A stretch of 62,585 nt of DNA, filler included, from Bipalium vagum (Eukaryota): assembly GCA_037834085.1 (NCBI GenBank). It is 3 parts of 3 records of this genome, joined end to end, with 100 filler letters (N's around TTAATTAATTAA, not from the genome) between each part and the next. Parts side by side here need not be neighbours in the genome. Positions count along the whole stretch, not along the records: positions 39,471 to 62,585 come from JBBMKC010213036.1; 2 more parts are not named here. One strand, given 5' to 3'. Position numbers and translations under genes: made by a program. Below the pieces are notes generated by a model. It searched no databases. It had not been told where the DNA came from and saw only the letters and a list, made by a program, of their open reading frames with translations. This document shows positions 53,701 to 62,585 of the stretch, one piece after another. Within the stretch, counting starts at the first letter, position 1, and each line of letters opens with the position of its first letter.

Positions 53701-56700
53701 ATATTTTCCTAATAGGTTGGAAAGAGTCGGATTATCCATAGAATTTACATGCCAAATTGAATTTCCTATTTATGGTTGAGAAATTCCCAGTTCCAATACA
53801 TTTACAAAATACAAGTAGGAATTAGTGAATTTACAAATCCAAATTAAAAGAACCAAATAGAAATCTCTTCAATTTTAATTATATTGTGCGCTTCACTGTA
53901 ACCAAGTAAGTACTGTTTCGCTTTTTATATAGATAATTAACAAAATTTATTGTAATAAAATGGACTTGTTCCTATGATTACAGATAAAGGATTAATTAAC
54001 TTTATTTTAGTATATAATCTCAACATTTGTTACAATATCCAATACTGAGTAAACATGCTCAATTACTTATCATATTCTTTCATACCCACAAAAAAGGCGC
54101 AAAGTATTACGATGTTTAATAACAACTACCGATAGAAACATTGGAGTTTTTGATTCAATGATTCGATTGTCTGAATAAAAAGTTAACCCAGTAAGCAAAG
54201 TGATTGATTGGTAAATGAGATTGTTCAGTTTTTGCATTTAAAAACTAATGATTGTTCCTATATACAAATCCTAGGACACATACAGAAATAAAATTAGGAA
54301 GTCCATGACATTTCTTACATAAAACAATTAATATAAATAGGGAAACATTGTGGAATCTGTTTGAAATAATAACTATTTAATGAGTTCACTTACGTCGCTT
54401 TCTTTAAAAATGAACCGGTTGTACAAGTTGAAGTTTACAGCGTTATTCGTGTTTTGGTTATGAGGTGGACAGTAAAAAGGACATTTTTTTCAGCTACATA
54501 AAACATACCGATATGATGTTCCATGCAAGGCAACTATTTATAATTGAATCAGAGAATTTTCTTCTGACAAGAAGGATTTGTTTGATGTAGAAGAAGTGAT
54601 CGACTATACAAAATTGTCGAAGTGAAATTTAAAAAAATATTATGAAAGGAGAAGTGGATTATTCACAGAGAGTTGCCTACTATAATTTATTTAAGCATGA
54701 AGACTGTACAGAATATGATAGAGAGCATTAGAAATTCAAAATTATGCAGTCGATTCGTCCAATGTATTTTTACAGAATATTTGCGAGAAAAGCGAATTCA
54801 AGGGTAACAGGAAAATCTGCTAAATCTGATGTTCTTAGACAGTATTTTTAAAATAATTTTAAGAAGGGGGATGAGAAGCCATTGAGTTTTTATGTTTTAT
54901 ACAACAAGAATGAGCTCAGTGATCATGTTTTTCCAGAGGATTTATTTCCACTTCAATTGAATATTAATTTTCCTCTCCGATGATATTATAAATAAATTTC
55001 CAATAAACAATCTAAAAATAAGTAGTTCAGAAAAAATCCAATTACCTCTATCAAATCTGAACACCATTTCTACATTGGGGTTTTGCTCAGTTCTCTGCCA
55101 GCCCACAAAATTATAACATCTTTCGTATGGTGTCATTATGGAATGATTATCTACTATGTTGTCCATGATTTGCCCCATTCCTCCATACAATTTGGTTCCT
55201 TTATTCAAAGAGTTTTTGCCATATGGTGTTGTAATTGAATAATTATCATATGTTTGGTCAATAAGGAGATACTCTGAATTCAAATTATCTACAAACACAT
55301 CTCCTTGAGGAATGATGTATTCGACGACTCCATCTGACAAAAATTCTTATAAAAAGGTTAAATAAAAATTTCGTTACCATTAAATGTGCAACCATAGATC
55401 ATAAATTTCATACAAATTGGTTTATCTGTATCACTTATCGGTATAATCCTGAGTCTTTTTGCCACAAAATTCGACTTAAACAGTATGACTTGAGGATTTC
55501 TAGCGTCAATGTTTCCTTTGATTAACTAAAAAAATATTATACTAAAATATTTTTATATAGATTATGACAATGAATATTCCAAAATTATTTTCATTTTTAA
55601 AAAAATCAAAAAGCTAAGACTTTCACCAAACTTGTAAATTAGTTTCATATTATTCATTTAATTCTCATAGACCTAATCAATAGATCGAAACCTTTAATGG
55701 TAAAATCATAGAATGTTAGTTTAAAACGAAAGGAAAGAGTTTGACACAAAATGATTATTTTTATCACACTGTATATTTATTAACATTAATTAATTATGTC
55801 ATATTACTTTATTTTCTCAAATAAATTTTATAAAAAATTTTGTTAAATGTTTAAAAATTAAATAATTAATAAATAAATAATATATAATAATTCTCCACGA
55901 AAAATAAAAATTAATAAATTAGAAATTGCTTAAAGAAAAAGTTTTATAAAAATATTAATCGATTTATTTACAATTGATCAATGAAATAATGTGCTACTCT
56001 ATTTTATTAGGTGTATAATTTAGTTTTTTGATTTTTAAAGATACAGTAACTACTCGTTAAATGTCATGCACGTTATTTGTCAGTCTCGTTAAATGTAGTA
56101 ATGCGTTAAATGTCATCGATTCCAAAATATTCGATATTTGTCAAATAAATTCTATTTTTTTGGTACGAATAAGTTTAAGCTAAATTCCTTATAAAAATCA
56201 ATAAATTTGTTATAATATACTATTTTTTAAAACTATTGGTTGGTAGATTTAAATTTGTACATGAACTTTAATAATTTAATTTGTTTTCTAGAAATGAAAT
56301 CTCAATTGACTATAGAACAGAAAGTTAAAATAATAGGTCAACTGGAAAACTGTAGTATGATTTTAGCACTAAACATTCTTATAAAATGGTAATTACATCA
56401 TTTTAAATTACTGACACACATTGGCAATGTATAAAAATTTTTTCTTTAAGACCGAGAAGATATTGGAAATATATAAATGTTACTTGACTAAATAAAAGAA
56501 GCGTGTCTACATAAATTATAAAATTACGAAAGAAAAATTAAAAACTTTTACTAAACAAACATCTATATTATATTTTATATTCTTATAATAATTTAACAAA
56601 GATTTTTTTATTAATATTATCTAGCTTAAAATAAAACTGTTGCTTATAGAATATCACATTTATTGAATGTATATTGAAAATAAATGCAATGTTCAGGGAT

Positions 56701-59700
56701 TGCACATCAAAATGAGTGGAAAGAAAAGATTCCAATAATACTGTAGTGAAAAGATATCCCCGTTCAGTATGATATTTTCATTATTTTATTATTTTTCAAA
56801 ATATTTTCCTTGGAAGATACTGAAACGAAATAATCTGAACTCTCAGTATTGTTTTTTTTTTATAAATTACCGATATATTTAAAAATATTCTGCGAAGTGT
56901 CACGAAAATTGCCTTCAGCCAATAACTTAACAGAGAAAAATATTTTTTACTGAATTTGGATAAAGAAAAGAAATCATTTATAAAAGGTAGTGAAAACAAT
57001 GTTAAAAATAAAATTATTATGAATTAATATTTTACAAATTTTATTTTATTAATTACTTAAAATAAATTAAAAGATTTTTCAAAATTGATTTTTTCTTTCA
57101 TAAAAAATTAACTGAAAATCAAATTAAAAAGCAAATAAATAAAAATTCAACATAGAATAACAATAATAATAATAATGAATGTGAAGCAAGGTATAATGGA
57201 ATAGTAAAGAAAAGAAGAGAATAAGTACAGAATATTAAAGTGATTAGGATTCTATTACGAAATAGAAATATAATGTTTAGTAAAACAACTGATAAAGTCT
57301 GGGAAAAAAATATATATGGAATTAATTGAAGTTATATCCAGACCAATTTTTCTTCCTGGGTTAATAAATTTTAGAAACGTATTAGGAGAAATGTGTAGAA
57401 ACGTTTAAAAGCGAATAATAACATTTCTATTGTTATTAGAACGTGATAAAAAATAGAAAATTATATTTTAATATAAAAATCAATCATGAGAATTTGACAA
57501 ATCGATCCGAACAAACAGGGTCTTTATTTATCATAAATGAAATAAAGTATTAATTAAATTAAAATTAAAATATTAATAATAATTAATGAGAATAATAGCT
57601 GAAATTAGCATTTAAATGTCAATTTTATTTAAATTTTCCCAATTAAATAAGTGCAATTTTACCCTTGTGATTTTATTTTCATTGAAATCAATATTTTTCG
57701 AACACATTTTGTTGTTTGGGAAATTATCTCCTTTAAAAAAACGTGAATAATTGATAAAATATTAATTAATATAGAATTTTTTTTGAACAGTGAATTTAAT
57801 AATGGTCATCTCTTCAGAAAACAGTGTTTTAAATAAGTAATGCGAAGCTCATGCCAAATATCGAATTATCCAAACAATTCTTGATTCTTCAGTAAATGCT
57901 TATTTATGCCAACAGACTAAGCGATGGTTGTTTAGAGAATGTATGGATTTTTCCCTAATCTCTGTTTCCAGAAGCGTTAGAAAAACCAAAAATGTTGAAT
58001 TTCCATGAAGCGTATATTATCCACGATTATTTATAAAAATAATATGTTAATATCATTATGCTAATAGTGAGAAAAATAAAATTATTCTAAAAATCATTGA
58101 CAACTACAAAAGGTCCGAAAATAGAATTTCCATAATTTATTTTTAGATTCATGCATCATTTTCACGACCCGACCTTACTTTCATAAATGCGTTAGCAAAA
58201 GTTGAAACCGTACTTCACAGATCAAAATCTAAAACAGAGCCTAAGAGACTTAGCTAATAATGATCATTTTAAGAGATTTGCACGAAGCTAATATTGAATT
58301 TTTATTATTGAAGTGTAAAAAGAACAAAAAGCTCATCTCAATTTTCTAAATCGTTATGGAAATCGAATTTAAAATGAAAACTTTTTTCCCTACAGATTGA
58401 ATGAATGTTCAATTTGTTGATTTTTCCGTATCTTTCCAATTATAATATTATGTTTAGTAGTTAATGATATCGGTTAAGAGGAGAAAATGATTTTGCTAAT
58501 TGCCGTCTGGATGAAGTTGGTCACGAAAGAAGAAAAACCTTTTTTTCCATTTATTCCACATTTGAAACAGATATTTCCAGATTAAAGTCTCCCTAATTAG
58601 ATACGAGCTCATTTGTTTGTTTTAAACAACTGTTAACATTTAATAATTTTTTTAAAGAGTTTTCTTAAAATTGAATTTTCAATTCAATTGCTTTTATGGT
58701 CACCACCAAGAAGGAATTATATAATCAATACTATTTTGCATTTTGTTTCATAATCTGCAGATGTTATGGTAGACAGGAAAGAGAATAAATTCTTCTGTAC
58801 TTCATAGACAAGTTTATTTTTATATATATTTTATAATTTTGCCAGCTCTTAAGCAATCGATATCACTTTCAGATGTAACTCACATTTCAGGTCATTAATT
58901 TCTGATAATAAAACCATTCCATAGAGAGAATTGTTGAAAAATCCAACAATGTATTGTATTCATTTTATTATCATATCAAGAACAAGGTTGAAAATATTGA
59001 TTGATAAAGACATTTGGGCAATTATTGTCGATCAAGAAATAAAACAAATCAATTCTTCAGAAAAATAATTTTAAAATATAATTTTGGGAAAACATAAAAA
59101 AAGATTGACTTTCAATTATTATTAGAAAATGCTTAAAATTTTATCACTTTGACGGACAAGTCGGTTGTAACAGTTACGTTATAAGAATATTACATATTTA
59201 TGGATCATTAAAAAATTATGTTATCCCAAAGGTAATATCGATTTAATGAAATTAAAGATCCAAAAAAATGATTTAAAACAAAAAAAATAATGATTTTATT
59301 GGATTTCTCAAACATTGTAATAATTTCCACGAAATTTTAAAAATATTTGTGAAAACAACAATTAATAATAAAGTTACTCTCTAAATATTTCCATTCGAGT
59401 TTCGAATACGAACATTATATTTCTGAAAATAAATATTTTTCTGTGAGGTTCAGCTGATTAACCTTACATTAAAAAGTTTTAAGGTTCTAAAATATATTAA
59501 AATAAATCGATTATGTTCAGAAGATTAAATCTATAATAAGCAAATAATAATTTATCTTGGTTAATAAGAAAAATTTAGAGAAAAATTTGAAACTCTCTAA
59601 AGAAATTCCCAAAAGAAAGTAGTTTTACATATGATAACATTAAAAAAAACTCAATTCTTATATATTATCAAAGAGCTTCCTTTAGTAAAAACGTAATTAT

Positions 59701-62109
59701 TTCGAAAAAATTTTCCTTGAAATGATAGACAATTTTACTGAAAAATATAATTGTTTACCTCAAAATATTTTCTCAGAAATTTCTTTTAATTAAAATAAAT
59801 GTTTTTTTTTCACTTAGTTCCCTAATTCTCTCTACACCAGCTTATTCTAAATTAATCAGAATTTTCTTTCATTTCTTTTTCAGGTTTTAAAATAAGCTCA
59901 CTGACAGAGATAAAGTTGAACAAAATAATTATTTCTTGTAGGATTTAGATTTATTTTTTAATTCATTCTCGAAAAACATTCCCATATTCCCCGATTATGA
60001 CAGAAAATGTTATTATTAATAATATGCTAAAAATGTAACGAAGCCGCTAAAATTGCTAATATCATCATCTTTGTAATTGCCGATGGATATTATTCGTTTA
60101 TTAAAACAAGTATTCAATACATTTATTCTAATTCATTATTACAAGCCATTCAATATGCTGTATGCTTAGCATCGCTACGCAAGATAAATTTTCTCTCAAA
60201 TTATCAAGTCACATTTCTATAGCATTTTATAATTACAAAATTTTCCAGTTTTTAATAGAAATAATTCTTTATTCTCAGAACTGAAATTTATTGCAATACG
60301 ATAATTTGCAAAAAATTTCACGATGATAAATTTAGAAATAATCAATAATTTTTTATGTATATATTAATTGTAAATTGAAAATTTTTAAGAAATATTTATT
60401 TTAATGTGAAGGTAAATGTAATGACTCCTAATCTACATAAATAATCAGAGAATTGTCTTAAAATTTAACTACAGAAACTTTATTTTTAAAATAAATAATT
60501 TATAATTTTATTTATTAAGTTATAATTAATATTAGAAATTATAAAATAACATATTTTTCATCTCAACAATTTTTAAGGTCTCCACAAAATATAGTATCAG
60601 TGAATTCCATTGTTTCAAACTCTTTAATTCCCATAAATGAAGCACTAAGTAGGAAAAGTGAAAGGCTTTTGTTTCAATTTCACTTATTAAAAGAAACAAA
60701 TAAATAATAAAAATGCAAAATCTAATTTGCGTATAAAACTTAGCAAGTCACATCACCACCAAATTATGAAATCATCATCATTGTTCGTGGCATTTATGTA
60801 TTTGAAAAATAGAAACCAGTTTATCATACAGCTGTATGGTAAAGAAAAGCTGTAGAAAAAATTTACTTATTCAGACTCCTAGAAATGATGAAACGTTATT
60901 TCCTGAAGCTGCACGCACACGTTCTAAAGGTCTTCCAAAAATAATAGGACAAGCAAAGACAAACAAGTAGGCTGACGAATGACGCATTTGAGGATAGCCG
61001 GCAAACAATTGCACACACCCACACTAGCAAACACACAATCCGGTCTAGTCACATGGTATTGGTGTGTAACAAATGCCATATTTGCATGAGTCAAGAAATA
61101 ATGGACTTTCTTTTACATGAGTTAAATTATTCTTCTATTATTATATATTAACATCGCAGTTAGGCATTATTCTTAGTAAAGTTGTACAATCTTTTTTCAT
61201 TTCCTAATATTGTTTTATCTCTCTCGCTTGCCTTTATTGAAAATTTATTAGATTATTTATTTTTGTTTTTATTGAAACTTTATTTTAGAACATCTCTACT
61301 GTTACATTTGTTTTATCGATTGGACAAATAAAAGATTTACATTATTGACTTTATGAAACATGCAATGTTTCACACGCTATTTATTATTCTAAACCAGTGG
61401 AAGAAATTATAGATTTAATCAATGGTGGAAAAGAAAAATATTTATAAATTTTCATTTGTACCACACCTTATAAAAACATTTAAAACAATATTTATAATAT
61501 AATTAAAATTTCATTGTATTTTTTGATTAGGTGATAGATTCAACCATTAAGATTTATACCAAAATTAATTGTTCAATTACTCACCAGACCAGTTCGTAAT
61601 AAACCAATATATATAATATAATAATATCAATATATAATATTAACTTTAATACTCCTAAAATAATATTTATAATATAAATTTTCTATATAATATCAAAACA
61701 AACTAAAAACGTTAATTATAATGTTTATTAACCTATTTCTTTCCCATTAAATTATAATTTGTGTTCTTTATCATAAATAATTTTAATTCAACTATAACTT
61801 TCTCCCCATTATTATAATATTTCTTGTATCAATATTTCATAATAATAATATATTATTATATTTTAATAACATAATATTTAAACATTGAAAATATTTTTTA
61901 AAAAGTATTTGAAGACCAACGTCGAATAAATGCTTGGTCATAAATTAAAGGGACTTGATAAATTATTAATATTAATATTAATATTAATATTAATATTAAT
62001 ATTATTAATCTATACTTACTGTATCGCCGTGCTCATTTTTAAATCTATGCCAAACAGTGCTGTTTTCTCTCTGATAATCCAGGTAAAACTTTGATACGAA
62101 GAATCCTAT
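42614..62109 (-). CDS. Discoidin domain receptor-like protein with no visible kinase domain; exons 62109-62020, 55525-55378, 55333-55046, 52011-51739, 51695-51636, 47863-47600, 45039-44800, 43014-42614 (5' exons beyond the window)
   Basis: All junctions are GT-AG and phase-compatible (0, then 1 throughout); 587 aa lie in the window. Discoidin: FYLDYQRE..W.RFKN.HG/LIKGN...FVAKRLRIIP...ICMKFMIYGC. DS-like: DGVVEYIIPQG, GGMGQIMD, NFVGW, VEMVFRFDRVR, AKFVRITL..WIVITEMLF. TM YLLIVFCAIITFVGLLCIISICLL followed by RIRRCRKRR. A ~260-aa low-complexity tail ends NVFI*. Confidence 0.9.
43480..43920 (+). mobile_element. Merlin (ISXO2/IS1595-like) transposase remnant in a DDR-like intron
   Basis: SIVMTDSWSGH, QHFSVNH/DNFSNP, SIESF*SLL match Merlin motifs SDxWxxY, HxxVNHSxNFVDP, IESxW; frameshifted; TIRs not identified. 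Confidence 0.7.
44665..44738. repeat. Perfect (AAT)n microsatellite
   Basis: About 25 uninterrupted AAT units. Confidence 0.97.
46901..47239 (-). mobile_element. mariner-derived MITE
   Basis: TA-flanked TIRs ttaaggtggtccataagtct / agacttatggaccactccaa; interior EDWYQRGIQQLADRWIK is a mariner C-terminus. Confidence 0.9.
50120..50595 (-). mobile_element. mariner 5' remnant
   Basis: IRTCSLYEFKL, AQCWYNRFCSGHTSIHD, FGKVKKF*K*FPHQLSE. Confidence 0.75.
54330..54940 (+). mobile_element. mariner 5' remnant next to a DDR-like exon
   Basis: LHKTYRYDVPCKATIYN*IREFSSDKKDLFD, KLCSRFVQ, GDEK. Confidence 0.7.
56044..56500 (+). mobile_element. Tigger/pogo 5' remnant
   Basis: TA-cagtaactactcgttaaatgtc terminus with repeated cgttaaatgt; MKSQLTIEQKVKIIGQLE resembles a CENP-B-like psq HTH. 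Confidence 0.65.
61968..62008. repeat. (ATATTA)n microsatellite
   Basis: Tandem hexamer just inside the donor side of a DDR-like intron. Confidence 0.9.
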
Positions 62110-62585
62110 CTGTAAAGAATAAAAATAAATAATTTTATCAAACTAATTTTAAATAACTATTTGGAAAAAATATTAATAAATTAAAGTGTTTGAGCGCAGC
62201 AAATCAAAATAAAAAACAATAAAAAAAAGAAGTTAAATAAAATATGCAAAAAATTTGAAAAAATAAATTAAATTTATTTTGTGTTTATATTTAGTTGAAA
62301 AAACAATTTATTTATATAATCCGCTCATTCAAAGTGTTTATAATAAAAAATTGATTCCCAATTTTCCACGTTTTTTAAAATTTGGGAAAAAATCAGATTA
62401 TAAAATCATTTTAGATAATTAAGACAAATCATGATGGAATAAAATTTAGTGACCAGGTCTCGTACTAGAAATCGTATATATGTAGAAATTGAATATTACC
62501 TTCAAATCTTTGAAGTGAGATAATTATCTCAATTTCAAATAATAATTCATAAAAGTATAAATAAATATTAATTTCGCATTATATA

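Noticed and set aside
53730-53810. IGTGNFSTI...LACK kinase-like Gly loop on the minus strand
   Set aside because: Lies in an intron upstream of the TM exon, is short, ends in a stop and lacks splice support; probably chance.
57770-59060. Faint transposase-like fragments
   Set aside because: No convincing motif series or TIR pair.
1-62585. CRISPR arrays, tRNA, rRNA, prokaryotic operons
   Set aside because: None recognised; the sequence is intron-containing eukaryotic DNA, and most short ORFs in the track are TE pieces or noise.

Overview
Very AT-rich animal genomic scaffold with spliceosomal GT-AG introns that are either tiny (37-81 nt) or multi-kb and full of transposon debris. A planarian-like flatworm is my inference only. 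Spliced genes reconstructed by hand: (1) a complete V-ATPase subunit e gene (+, 22770-23125); (2) the 3' eight exons of a discoidin domain receptor (DDR)-like gene (-, 62109-42614) that ends after a Tyr-rich tail, with no kinase domain visible; (3) an SH2-domain gene (-, 9478-150) whose intact exons join an SH2 N-half to an SH2 C-half 6.8 kb away, skipping several decayed SH2-like segments, one of them split by a maT/Tc1 element; (4) a PDZ-domain gene (+, from 13894) with a degenerate third exon; (5) fragments of a multi-pass membrane protein gene (-, 28377-23231). The rest is decayed DNA transposons (mariner, Tc1, maT, rosa-like, Tigger/pogo, hAT-Buster, Merlin), a non-LTR RT remnant, MITEs, AAT microsatellites, and two artificial 100-nt scaffold spacers. 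All homology calls come from motif recognition by eye; no searches were run.
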